From positions 744,001-808,000 of the forward strand of contig MU008170.1 in NCBI GenBank assembly GCA_010909165.1: a stretch of 64,000 nt of DNA. Reading direction: 5' to 3'. Shown here in pieces: positions 1 to 20,383 of the stretch (positions are counted from its first letter, which is position 1; each line of letters begins with the position of its first letter). The stretch comes from Anthoceros angustus (lineage: Eukaryota; Plantae; Anthocerotophyta). The position numbers and the translations under genes were made by a program. The notes under the pieces were generated by a model that saw only the letters and a list, made by a program, of their open reading frames with translations, was not told the origin of the DNA and did not search any database.

Positions 1-542
1 ACATCTTCTAATGCACAAAATTATGTGCATCTTCATAGATGCAACCTACATAGGATGCTCTGATACCATAACGATTTAAGAGGACTATGTAGATCCATTA
101 AACATATAAATGAATAATTACATTGTGTCAATCAAGAAAAAAAGAGTTAATTAACTAAACATGAAAGACAACTTAACTTAAACCCAAAAGCTACGTCTAT
201 TCAACCTAGGGAAACAACCCTAATGAAAAGGTATGACTATTGGTATTCTACCCTAGGTAGATATCATTCACTGTGCCGTAAATGGTCAGCACTCATATTC
301 TCTTCAAGACTTATACAATGTGACGACTGTGAATGAGGAGGTGGGTTGTGTGGCCCTATCGGCCCTACTGGCTAATAGGACTTCTAACAGAGGCTGTTTA
401 TATACTTCAATATAGGGCCCAACAAGGCCCAGCAAGCTTTCTTGCCTTAGGGTGTGACACTGTGGGTGTGTTAAGGGACTCAAAATCATATCAAGTGGTG
501 TATGTGCGGCTCCTGAATGCGGGGCTAAGGGGTGAGGCCTAG

Positions 543-1010
543 GTGACACCATTGCTCCTCACCTTACCTTTCCCCACTGACCTTCACCTCTCCAACAATA
601 GCTTAACAGCTTTTTCTAATGTGCTTTACGTTCCTCACTTGAGTAGGAATATCATATTAGTCGGTCAAGCTATTGAGTCCGGCTATACCTTTTCATTTGC
701 TCCGGACCGGTGTAGCTTTTTCGATTCCTCTCACCACCTTATTGTCACCTATCCCCCGTCCGGTAGGCTCTTTGGTCTTGATTCTAATCTTCCTTCCAAT
801 GACATCACTAACTTCTCCCTTTTTCCGAGTTATTCGCCAGTCCCGCCTCGTTCGTTCCAGTCTTTGCTTGGCTTTCCTTCGGAGGAGGACTCTAGAGTCA
901 ATGCTTGGGGGGAGGTAGCACGGGAGGAGGCACCTCTGCAAGTGAAGTAGCAGCAGCTTGTTGTGCATGTGCACCTCTTCATCCTGGCCATCGACCTGAG
1001 GGGGAGATAC
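543..1010 (+). mobile_element. Ty1/Copia LTR-retrotransposon remnant (post-protease segment, then PPT-like tract)
   Basis: ORF 543..950 contains SNVLYVPHLSRNIILVGQAIESGYTFSF, matching the Copia 'DVLYVPxLxxNLISV' segment. TGAGGGGGAGA at 997-1007 resembles a Copia polypurine tract. Confidence 0.65.
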
Positions 1011-2436
1011 CCACTTAAGGAGAAGACGAAGACCGAGAGCCTATGGCATGATCAGGACTTTGCATCCTCAGCTACGAGGCAGGAGACCAATGACTATTCT
1101 TCTAACATGCTGCATCTGAGGGAGAGTATTGGAGTATACAGAGTCCCGCCGTTAAGAGCTCTGTTAGGCAATAGGGCAGTTAAGGCCACACACCCCATCA
1201 CGAGGAGACACACCCCCCTCATCCACAGTTGTCACATTGTATAAGGCTCATTGTGAGCCCATCGTGATCTAATTATTCTCTCTTCTATCCTCCCTGTTGC
1301 ATTCTAGCCTGCCTAATTTCCTACAGCCTAGGCCCCGTTGCAGGTTTTATAACTGTACATGTCAAAAGCATCCTACATGCCATCCCTATGTAACTCCTAT
1401 TTGCATGTTCTCAAGACAGTCTTTGTACTTCACTTGCAAAAAGGCGATCATGTGACTTGACTTGCGTTGGTCTCATTAGTTCAGCAGTATGCCAAAAAGA
1501 GTTCTCCCACCTTCGCATACCCGTACTATTTATGCATAAAGCAAAAGGAGGGGCGCATATTATTTGGTTGGTTCTCCCATATTCAGCAAATGAAACAGGA
1601 AACGAGACATTCCACACTCCAGCTCTTCCGCCACTCGACATAAATTCACTTGATCAGTACATCAATTGCAACCATGTTGTTGTATCCAGGGAAAAATGCT
1701 TCCTATTAAAAGATCTGAGTATCACATGTCGTGAACATGTCTTCAGACTGTTGGCTCTCGGAAATTGAATCCTAGCCTATGCCGTTCTACACCAGCCAAG
1801 AAAACTATACAATGCTGTACATCTAGAAGGAAAAGGACTATCAGCCATTGCCAAACTCAAGCGCTTTTCGATATGAAAATGATTCAATAAAGAGGATAAG
1901 TGGGTGTCATACAACTCTTGCAATCTTCATGAGATATTTGATAGACAACCCACTGAAATGAACTATAGTACCATATTTTCAAGCATAAAATATAGTATAA
2001 GAGGTCTTTCAAACTACCATAAATATCGTTTTCTTCTGGAATCAACAAAGCGTTTTTTGGATGAGCACGTGGAGAATTTCGGAAAAGGGCATCCAGGATT
2101 CCCTGGGCATCCCTGGCAGTATCGCATTAGTACAGTATCGCATTAGCATGGCCATAAAAAGGCATAACTTGCTAGTCGTTTGTTGCCCATGATGCGCTTG
2201 CATCATCGTGAGCCATGGCTGTGTGGAGGTTGATAGGTATTCTTTGGTTGAGCTCCCGTTCACCTCTTTTGCAAGCACAAGATAGAGAATTGCTTCTACT
2301 GCTTGCAGCCTAGGCATCACCAGCGTGATTGCCTCAAGAGACAAGCGGACGTGAGAGAGCCACCCTCTACCAACAATGTCACTCACAGCGCTCGTTGTTT
2401 CTCACGTGCTCTAACCCGTTGTTGGATTTCCACACT

Positions 2437-2630
2437 TGGTTTGTGGATACAGGTGCAATCCACCACATGATAAGCCTTTGAGATTCATACATCTCCTTCC
2501 AATCCAGCACAATCACAAGTTACATTCATCTTAGTGACCACTCTCGCTTTGCCATCCAGCGCTCTGGTCCAACGGCCATCGTTTTGCATTGAAGCATGTC
2601 AAGAACACATCCATCACGTCTTGCAAGTTG
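2437..2630 (+). mobile_element. Ty1/Copia aspartic protease remnant (degenerate)
   Basis: Manual translation from 2437 gives WFVDTGAIHHM (Copia WxxDSGATxHM). An in-frame stop follows, then HIHHVLQV, resembling LxDVLHVP. Confidence 0.7.
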
Positions 2631-4555
2631 GTACCTACTACGAGAAACAAGCATTCGCAATAGTAGGTGTCAGAAGAACAAGTCTATCTGGAAGCCTATC
2701 GTAAGAACATGGACAAGGATCTAGAATAAGAGTCATCTTAGATTACACATTTCTTTAGGATAGAGTCTACAACGGAGAGAAGCGAAAATACAGCAAGTCT
2801 CTTTGCCCCCACAGACTCACCAACTTCATGGAACTGGTTTTCATTATATAGCCTCGGTCAGATCGATCAAGGTAGCTTTGGAGGAACTTCACCGTCTCTT
2901 CTCCATGTCTTGAGTAGGAACCCACATAAACTTGAATAGGCAGGTGGAAGCTGGTCAGCTAAACAACCTCCTGGGACTCCTCATGTTGGAAGCCAAGAGA
3001 ACGGTTGCCTACCTTTACTTGTTATCCCACTATATACATTGTGTGAAAATGTTTTGCACTAAATATATTGTGTAGAGATATTTTGTACTAAATACATTGT
3101 GTGAAGATGTTTTGTACAGTGTGACGGTGTGATGGAAAATTCACATACTTTATACAATAAGGAGTTTTATCGAGGGTGCAGTGTTCAAGTAGATAGCTCC
3201 TCAATCCAATAATGTTCATCAACAAAGTTCACACGTGAGTCGATTATATGACTTGTTCTTGATAGTCGTTTGTTGTCGTAAGCATCCGAAGAGACAAAGG
3301 ATGGTGAGGGCATGTCATAATCTATGTGATCGTCCTTGCTGAGAGCCTTCCTTAATACTTGAGCTCATGTTACATTACATTCCCACATACAAGTAAATTT
3401 GATGAAAAATATGTCTTGGTAAATGACACTCTTGTGTGTCTTACGATATTTGTTCGAAAGCCTTTTTGATTTCCATATTCATTTCATGTCTATAGGATGT
3501 TTATACATCACATATCTTTATGTATTAACCTATCCAAACTTGGAATCCTTCTTTTTACTTTGAAAGGTCTATCAATTGTTTGTCAATCTTATTATAGAGG
3601 ATATATAACTCTACGAAATTTATTCCATATTTGTATAAATTATTTTCAAAATAAGTTGTTTAGAATAGGGTCATAATATGGTTAGTGCAATATTCGTATG
3701 ATCTTTACATGAACTCCATGTGATCTCTGTAAGCAGAACTCCATATGATCTTTATCTCTAATATTGCAATAAGTGGCTTCTCGAGAAGTCTCCGTATCGT
3801 ACTCAACTCTTTAACCACTAAATCCTCATTTAATCAATAATTAGTAGTGTACCATAGCCTTGTATAATCCTAAGGTAATTATTTTCTAATTATATGTAGT
3901 TAGATGTAACGTTTGGTTGGATGATGATGAAAAACTTTTAACCTTTCAAATTCATTATTTATAGAAGTTCTAATTATTTGTAGTTACAGTAGATATAACG
4001 TTTGGTCGGATGATGTTTAAAAATCCAACTTTTCAAATTCATTATATATTGAAAATATTCACAGACTCTTATACATGTTTCATTTTTATATAAATTCAAG
4101 CATTACTAGCTTATTGAAATAGATGTGTGAGTGATGAGGTTCACGAGTGCTACTCATTGTAAGAACCTCAATATTTGTATGAACCCTTTATTAATGATTA
4201 TCTAGGGGACTACTAAACTATTTACCTAATGAAATATGTATTATAAGATTTTTATTATTTTTTGAAAGCTTACAGATATATATGTATTTATATCAATTAG
4301 AGGCAAAAATAGGATTGCTAAGTACATAATTTTGCTCAAGATGGCCGAAGGTCCATGGTTGAAGCTGACTTGGTTGAAGCTGAACGTTTTAGACGTCATG
4401 TCCAGCAATGTTGTAAGGTATGACTTGGGCCACCAAAAGGCTAGTTTGGATCATTTCTTTCTTGTTTTGTGGTGAAAATTCTCGGGATTGACTGGTTTGG
4501 ATGATTCGATTCCGTTCCTTACAACGCCCTAACGTTTTGTACACACCTTGAAAGT

Positions 4556-5737
4556 TTGGTGAGGGGGAACGCAGCAGTACCGGGAGCCATTCAATCCTAC
4601 ACGGCATATGCAGGCATTTCTTGGGTGTTCAAGAACAAGCAAGCCAGGCACAGAAGGGTGAGCATCCATCTAGTATGGTCTCCCTCGAAGCCTTCCTCCT
4701 TCTACCGGCTCAAGAAGCGTTGCATTATAAAACAGCCAAAAGCCACGAGGCCGACCGAGTCCATGCAGATCGACCTGGCGGGGCTGCAGCAGGAATGCGG
4801 CCGCCCGAGACGGATGTGGCAGGCCCTTCACCACGGCTTCGTGTGCGCCACGGTGGGAAGGAAGCGCACCATCTGCGTCATGGACATAATGGGTGGCACT
4901 TTCTTTGAGGCCCCACGCCTGTACGAGCGGCAGCAGAGGGACCGCCCCATCCAGGTCTGCAATCTGCAGCTCTCTTCGGATCCCGAATCGGGCGTCGTCA
5001 AGGTCTACTTGGGCTGGATATCGACCGTAACATCTTTCAGCGCAGTTCAGTTCACCTTCGGTTTACGCTACGTGCCCCGGCCGCGGCGCGTCGCCAGGGT
5101 GAGCGTCTTCAGTTGCGACACCGAGGAATGGAGCACGGTCACCCCGATGTCCCTCTCCCTGCGACGCAGCTGTTGGGATTGGGCCAGCAAGTTCGTGGTG
5201 TGCCAAGGCCTGCTCTACGCCCCGAGCAACACCGGGATGGATATCTTCGTTGTGAACCCGATCAACGGGGCGGTGCTGAGGAGAATCCTCACGCCCGAGT
5301 TTGACGACGCCTGGGCAAAAATGTATTCATCAGAAAGACGTTGCTTGATGACGCCGCTCGGCAGCCGGCTCGTGGTGGCGACCAGTCGGGGGTTTGGGAT
5401 CACGGTGGCCAGAGGTCATGGGGCGTGGAACCCAATTCCCCAGCCTCCTAAGTGCGTGCAACTGGAGGTCCTCAGGAGCTCTAGGGACCCGGGAACTGGC
5501 ACTTGGCCGGAGGATTTGCACGTCGATTTTGTTGAGTCTGCTGGCCAGGACCTGCTCTTTTTCGTCTTCTACGACGCCCGTTACAGTTACGTCTGCCACT
5601 TGGCTTATCACATCGGAAACTCTCACTGGAACGTGGTTGTGGGCAAGCCGGGAATGCAGTTTCTGCAGCTCGGTGATCAGAGGATAAATTTGCCTGTGGA
5701 TGACGGCTGCTATCGAGTTGCAGTCCAAGCCTGGTGA
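4556..5737 (+). CDS. Intronless unknown protein, possibly F-box-associated/beta-propeller type; first in-frame ATG at 4763
   Basis: 393-codon open frame with GC-rich coding-like composition. Motifs GFVCATVG..ICVMD, EWS, KFVVCQGLLY and YHIGNSHW are typical of plant F-box C-terminal regions. No clear F-box motif seen. Confidence 0.5.
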   Translation: MVRGNAAVPGAIQSYTAYAGISWVFKNKQARHRRVSIHLVWSPSKPSSFYRLKKRCIIKQPKATRPTESMQIDLAGLQQECGRPRRMWQALHHGFVCATVGRKRTICVMDIMGGTFFEAPRLYERQQRDRPIQVCNLQLSSDPESGVVKVYLGWISTVTSFSAVQFTFGLRYVPRPRRVARVSVFSCDTEEWSTVTPMSLSLRRSCWDWASKFVVCQGLLYAPSNTGMDIFVVNPINGAVLRRILTPEFDDAWAKMYSSERRCLMTPLGSRLVVATSRGFGITVARGHGAWNPIPQPPKCVQLEVLRSSRDPGTGTWPEDLHVDFVESAGQDLLFFVFYDARYSYVCHLAYHIGNSHWNVVVGKPGMQFLQLGDQRINLPVDDGCYRVAVQAW

Positions 5738-6117
5738 AACCCTTGTGGGTATGTATCTTTATCTTTCGCTTAATTTTATGCTGAGTTTTTCACTAAACGA
5801 AATCAACGATCAACGCCCTTGGGGTTTAGCTTGGGCTGGCACTTCTCTGCCCTAACTGGAAATAATGAGCCTGGAATGTGCTCAGCGAAGGCGGATTGGC
5901 GATCGGGTTTGAGGTCGGAATTGGCATCTAACAGCCATGGAGGTTAGGGGCTTTGGTCCGTCCTGCTGCGAGATGACCTTGATTGTGTAGCTGCTGGATG
6001 CTCTTCATTCGTGGCTGTTTCTGGAGATCACGGTCTCATCAGGTCGGTTGGTCTGGCGCACAGTCGTTTTGATGCAGGACTACTGGAGTCCGGCTTAGTG
6101 TGGAATTTTACGGCAGG

Positions 6118-6873
6118 ATGGGGACGACGAAGGTGCAAGTGTGGAGGGTTCTTGTGCGGTCCATGCATGACACGAGCTTTGCGGAGCTTTTTCGCAAGAG
6201 CAATTCCAGCTTCAGCCCTATTCGTGGCAAGGCTGTGGAGTGTACAGTGAGACCCTTGCCTCAGAACATGGTGTCGGTGGATACGGGGTTGAAGGCGCCG
6301 ATTGTTTGTTTTCAACATGAGATGGGAACCACAGTGACCGAGAAGATGAAGGTGGCTTTCGGGGTTGAGAAAGTGGAGTCGTTTGGAGAACCAGTGATGC
6401 TGCTGCCTAAGCAACTTCAGACGAAGAATAGGGGTCTGCTAGCGTGGGAAGAGCTGGAGAAGACATGGAAAGAACGGGGTGTGGTGAAGGGCTTCTTTAT
6501 GAACAAGGTGAATGGGGGTTACGCTGTGGCCATAGCAGGGCATGTGGCTTTTGTTCCCCGCACTCTCATGAGGCAGAGGCGGATCTATCCTCATAACCCG
6601 TGGAGGATGTTCAACATCCTAAGCATGAACAAGAAGCTCGGGAACATTGTTGTGAAGGAGGCGTTCAACAGGATGGACACTTTGAACCCTACTGCAAGAA
6701 GGCCATGGTTGTCCGCTGGAGATGGTAGCCGAGGTTTAGGTTCAACACCGGGTGCGGTAACTGCATCATCGTGGGGCCAAACGCGCCCGAAGCTGCGACC
6801 AGTCGGGAGGTTGAGGACTCCATTGCCCGATACCTTAAACAAAAGTCCTGTCGCCAAATTCTTCGACCAGTGA
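6118..6873 (+). CDS. rps1: Nuclear-encoded mitochondrial ribosomal protein S1
   Basis: SFAELFRKSNSSFSPIRG, VDTGLKAPIVCFQHE, FGEPVMLLPK, VKGFFMNKVNGGYAVAIAGHVAFVP and WRMFNILSMNKKLGNIVVKE are colinear with the bryophyte mitochondrial Rps1 as I recall it. There is a short N-terminal extension (MGTTKVQVWRVLVRSM) from ATG 6118. An upstream exon cannot be excluded. Confidence 0.85.
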   Translation: MGTTKVQVWRVLVRSMHDTSFAELFRKSNSSFSPIRGKAVECTVRPLPQNMVSVDTGLKAPIVCFQHEMGTTVTEKMKVAFGVEKVESFGEPVMLLPKQLQTKNRGLLAWEELEKTWKERGVVKGFFMNKVNGGYAVAIAGHVAFVPRTLMRQRRIYPHNPWRMFNILSMNKKLGNIVVKEAFNRMDTLNPTARRPWLSAGDGSRGLGSTPGAVTASSWGQTRPKLRPVGRLRTPLPDTLNKSPVAKFFDQ

Positions 6874-7754
6874 AACTCTGGTCGTCTTGTAACGGAGCGT
6901 TCTCTGTTCTCTCTTGCTCTGTTAATACTTTAGTTACTGACATCTTTCCTCAATACATACTTCTCGGCAACACCATGTGTCAAGGCAGGCACAGGCCAGC
7001 ATCATTTCAGCAATATGCTAAGCTAGCTTACACCTTGACTCCGGGGGGTGAAAGGCACACAGGCCTCTCATCTCCCGCTGTCAGTAGTCACTGGAAAATG
7101 AAACTGAATGCCCATTCCCACCACTCCCATAGACCTAGAGATCTGGCTGTTCGAAGTCTGTCAACCTCTGGCTCGACAACCCTACAGACCTAAAAATGAC
7201 TTGAAGACGACTTCAAAATTGGTTAGAAATTTGCCGAGAGACTTGGGCCGGAATGTAGATATCAGGAGCAGCTCAACCTTGCTCCCATTTCCTTTCCTTC
7301 CAGTGTCCTCCCGTACCTTCCTTTGTCAAGTGTCTGTTAAAGCCTGTCTTCGCCTTCAGCTGTGGGTTGGACTGCATCCTCGGGCATACAAGCTCAGCCT
7401 GTCAGCTGGGTTTCACAGCATCTTCAGGGAGTATGTCACCCGGCATCCACTGCATCCACGGGCAAGGGCCTGCGCCAGCCGGGATATTCAGCAGAAGGTA
7501 GTAACCTTTGTATGTTACCAGTAAGAGCTTGCCGCAGGCGTTGTTCCTCCCGAAATGGCTTTGCAGTGAAGATTTCCTCCTCCGTTAGTCAAAGTTTCCC
7601 TACTGTAGGGCAGCGCGTGCACTTTGAGCGGTAGGCTACTGGGCATTCGCCTCAAGGTTCATCACCGCTGACCACACCGGAAGGCCGCAGTTGATTCACA
7701 CTCTCTGCAGCAGACTCGGACCACCCAATTCCCAAACCAGTTACTCGTAAAAGC

Positions 7755-13282
<5,528 letters not shown>

Positions 13283-13559
13283 CTACTCCCGCTCACGAAG
13301 AGCTTGCAGTGACACAAGGAACCCTAGAAACCCCGCTGATGGGGGTCCTTCTTTTGAGGTGTATAGCGTTCACCCCCTCTCTCCCCCCTCCATCAAGGAT
13401 ATACTTAGTAAATTCATGGCTTAGCATGTAATTACTAACTTAGTGCATAACTGAAGGGGGGAGCCAGCAGCCAGGTAATGTTCCACTAAAACATGAATAA
13501 TTAACCAGTTGCTTTATCTGCTATTTCGAAGCCAAGGGTCCGTGCCCGGCACCGGCCCG

Positions 13560-14430
13560 GGCCGCGCCGAACATTGCCTAAGTGCTTTGACCGTATCGAC
13601 CATGAGGCCTTGCTTGAAAAGATCAACCCTTCTCCCACCCTGAGACGACAGATTAAGGCCGGACTCGAAGAAGTGGACATCATGTCTAAATTAGCCGCCG
13701 ATAGACTTAAGAAGTCCATCGAGCTTGGCCATAAAGGTACGTATCATCCCTTTCCTACTACCCAATATAGCTCCTCCGCATGGAGTGAAAAACGCACCGA
13801 ACAAATGGGCCAAAGTTTGTTGGATAGAAGACCAAGTCACGCTTATACGATATGCTCACGACTTCATTATAATACGCAATGACTAATCGGTAGTATTGGC
13901 AGCCAAGGAAATCTTATCGCCAAGGCTAAAAGCCTGGAGGGGAGCTTCCTTTAGAGAAGACACAGGTGGTCACATTAGTATTGGCAGCCAAGGAAATCTT
14001 CTCGCCAAGGCTAAAAGCTTGAGGGAGCTTCCTTTAGAGAAGACACAAATGGTCACGTAGTTTTGATGCCAAGGAAATCCTATCGCCAAGGCTAAAAGCT
14101 TGGAGGAGCTTCCTCTAGAGAAGACACAGGTCACGGTAATATTGGCAGCCAAGGAAATCTTGTTGCCCAGGCTAAAAGCTTGGAGAGGAGCTTCCTTTAC
14201 GTAACATAGGTGGTCACGATTGGAATGGGCTTCCGCTTTCTCGGACACGACATAATTCACCTTACTTTCAGCTAAGGCCCCGTATAGAGAAAGATCTATT
14301 CGAAAGAATCGCAGCCGCACTGATCGAGGAAACTCGAAGATCATAGATTCATGAGGGTAATTGGCACCAAAGGTAGCAAATCGTTGGATTCAAGGAAAAT
14401 ACCTTGGTTGAGAGATTAAGGGTCCCGTAA
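13560..14430 (+). mobile_element. Degenerate group II intron reverse transcriptase/maturase fragment (copy 1)
   Basis: Frameshifted motifs in the correct order: KCFDRIDHEALLEKINPSPTLRRQIKA (RT3), GIIP.LL.NIA..HG (RT4), LIRYAHDFII (RT5, TATGCTCACGAC at 13851-13862), a repeated AAKEILS...ELxLEKTQVVT (RT6) and GFRFLGHDI (RT7). Confidence 0.85.
13893..14217 (+). repeat. Four tandem ~80-85 bp units (gtattggcagccaaggaaatc...agagaagacacaggtggtcac)
   Basis: Unit starts at 13893, 13978, ~14060 and ~14139. The same array recurs at 17036-17371. Confidence 0.9.
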
Positions 14431-15385
14431 AGGCGATGTGACGATCATCATACACCGGAGGTCGACACCGTGATTTAGACCTATTTCCAAGCGTGCTTGA
14501 CACGCTATGCTTAGCCTCTTTGAAAATTTTATGTATCACATAATTCACATTTCTCTAATTCGTGGTATATACCTTTTCCAAGGCAAATATAAATAATAGC
14601 GGTTGTTATAAGCTCAAATACATAAAGCCTTCTCTTGTGGAACTTGGGCGTGCCCAATGCCAGATTCTTCGGATTCTCTTTTGCTCTTCTTTACATAGAT
14701 TTGTCCTATATTTAATTCCATATATGATTTAGGGCTCTCAATCGATTCTCATAGTATAATGTTCTCTTTTATTTGAGTTTCAGTTTTGATTTCCTACTTC
14801 TAATCTATAGTTTCCTCAGACCTACATTCTTACAAATTCTCGAAATTCTTGCTTTAAAATTGCTTAAAATTGTGAGTTATTTATCTTACGCTCACTGTAA
14901 TCACTCTTTGATTATATAGGGCCTATTTTAGATAATTAGGATCTTATCGAGGGTTCATATTAGGTCTTTCCAAAGGAGAGCGTCCTTTCAAAGGAGAGGG
15001 TCCTTCATACCCTTTGAGATGAGAGGACTCATTTCTGCATGCGGGGCGTCTATAAAGGAATTTGGCCCCCACCTATTTGCTTCTGCCCGTAATCATAGCA
15101 TCCCTTCCCATCTCGAAGGCTGTACAGCTGGCGAAAGAAGGAAAATATTTCCAAGGGAGCTAAGATTATCGCTGAGGAGTTATTTATGAAATAGGCTGAA
15201 GAGATTCTCAAGTAGATGAGATCAGAACACCAAAACAAGACGATCATCCCTCTAAGCGGAAGCGCGCGCCTTAGTAGAATCTAAGGAAAAGACTCATATA
15301 GCCGCTAAAAACCAAGGATAATAAAAATATGAAATATTAGTTTTGTTTACTACACCAAGCACGCGGTGTATAAACCGTCATATTT

Positions 15386-18570
<3,185 letters not shown>

Positions 18571-18759
18571 TATCACAAGTTGACCATTCAGACCTCAAGT
18601 TCAAGTCTCAGATAATTCGAAGGCATTCGTGAGAACATAAACCTGCTACTGCCCAGGGTGAGTTCACATCGAGTATGTCCACTTAGCCCTTGCGTAGGTA
18701 GCAAGCTTATATTCCTCGTAGATATTCCATCTTTCGGTATGCTGTATAAAGTTGACATA

Positions 18760-19480
18760 TATACACTTGACCAATACCCACTGTCATTCTCTTTTGGGGC
18801 CTTAACCTCAGTATGGTTCGTTTTTTCCAAAATTTTGCAAACTCGCAAGAACAATCTTCATCTCTTCTTGCTGAACTTAGTTGGGTAATCGTGAGCCTTA
18901 CTTGGATGTGCTCGGAACTCTTTCTTATTGGCAGAATAACTAGATGGCTTTCACATTTTTTTTTCTTTTACTTGTAGTTTGTGTTGCGTGTTTGTGGGTT
19001 TTTAGCTAGCCTTTGTGGTTTTATGTAATGCATGTCATACTCTAACATAATCTGCTCTTTTTTGCAAAAACATGAAAATCCACTATCACTTGTGAAGGCA
19101 CCTTTTTTCTATTTACCTTTTGCACATGGTTCCGACAGTACTCCACTGGGTTATTTTTCGATGCTATGTCACGGATGTGATTGCTATCTATTCCTCCAAC
19201 TATATGGTCAATACCATGAATCCTCTCAAAATCTTAAACATACTTTTTCATTTTGTTGTTTGAAGGACATTATATATATAAATCATGCATTGGTGCGTCT
19301 TCCTCATAACAACATGATCATCAATAACTTTCCCTTACATTGTGAATACTCTTGTACCACATGTGTCTGCAACGCTCGTCAATAATTAAACATTGGCTAA
19401 CTTGTGAAGAGCAACAACAACTCGGATATCCTCCTTTCCTTACTTTTTTTGTACATTGGTATCTTGCTTCTTCATGTAAG
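18760..19480 (-). mobile_element. PIF/Harbinger (HARBI1/DDE_Tnp_4) transposase remnant
   Basis: Minus-strand translations RVVVALHKLAN (~19424-19392) and DFERIHGIDHIVGGIDSNHIRDIASKNNPVEYCR (~19235-19133) match 'RVAxALYxLA' and 'FExxxGIPxxxGAIDGSHI'. Stops and frameshifts are present. Confidence 0.8.
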
Positions 19481-20068
19481 GACAAAAATATTTTCAAATG
19501 TAGGACAAGTAACACGCATCCGCTACCTGAACATTTCTTCTATACAAGTACTAAGTATTTGGTTGTGCATAAATCCCTCTTAATGGCCGATTTATGACAG
19601 ATGATTGTCATGGGGTGCTTCCAACATGACGAAAGCTCTTCTATCGGGTGCAAGACGGGGATCCGCCTATGCAATGTAATTCGTGCTCAAATTTTTTAAT
19701 GCTGCTCGTCTCCATTGGGCCAACACTTGGAAAAGTTTGCTAGACACCTCCGTTTTGTGCTAGTAATCTTCTATAAAATCACGTATATATGTCTGGTGAT
19801 GGGAACGAATTTGGCTACCTAATACTATTCGTGGCTGGGGTGCGTGACTCTGAAAGGTGATATCACAGACTTACTTCAAACCACCTATTCAGTATAGAAA
19901 AATTCAAGTTCGCCGACCATCGGCTCATAAAGCGATTGCTCCTTACAAAGGATGTCTTGAGTTTGATGACTATGGTTCTTAACACGATTTTGTTGGCATA
20001 CTTGTATGATGCGATAAGCACTCGGATGGTTAAGGAATGTACATTTGGGATGTTGAAGTCAAGATTGG

Positions 20069-20383
20069 GTATTGGCTTGAAGCGACGTGATAACAAGCTC
20101 AAAAACATGTACACTACTACAGTATGAGCCTCACCGCTATGGTGTGAACATAAGCTCAAGAATATGTATACATGTATTGGCTTGAAGCGATGCGATAACA
20201 AGCTCAAAAACATGTACACTACTATAGTATGAGCCTCACAGCTATGGTGTGAACATAAGCTCACGAATATGTATACATGTATTGGCTTGAAGCGATGTGA
20301 TAACAAGCTCAAAAACATGTACACTACTACAGTATGAGCCTCACAGCTATGGTGTGAACATAAGCTCAAGAATATGTATACAT
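20069..20383. repeat. Three tandem 105-bp units
   Basis: gtattggcttgaagcga... starts at 20069, 20174 and 20279. Confidence 0.9.

Noticed and set aside
13893-14217. RT next to a repeat array, as a CRISPR, DGR or retron-like system
   Set aside because: The units have no unique spacers and are copies of RT coding sequence. The RT is frameshifted with YAHD, and the context is a plant nuclear genome.
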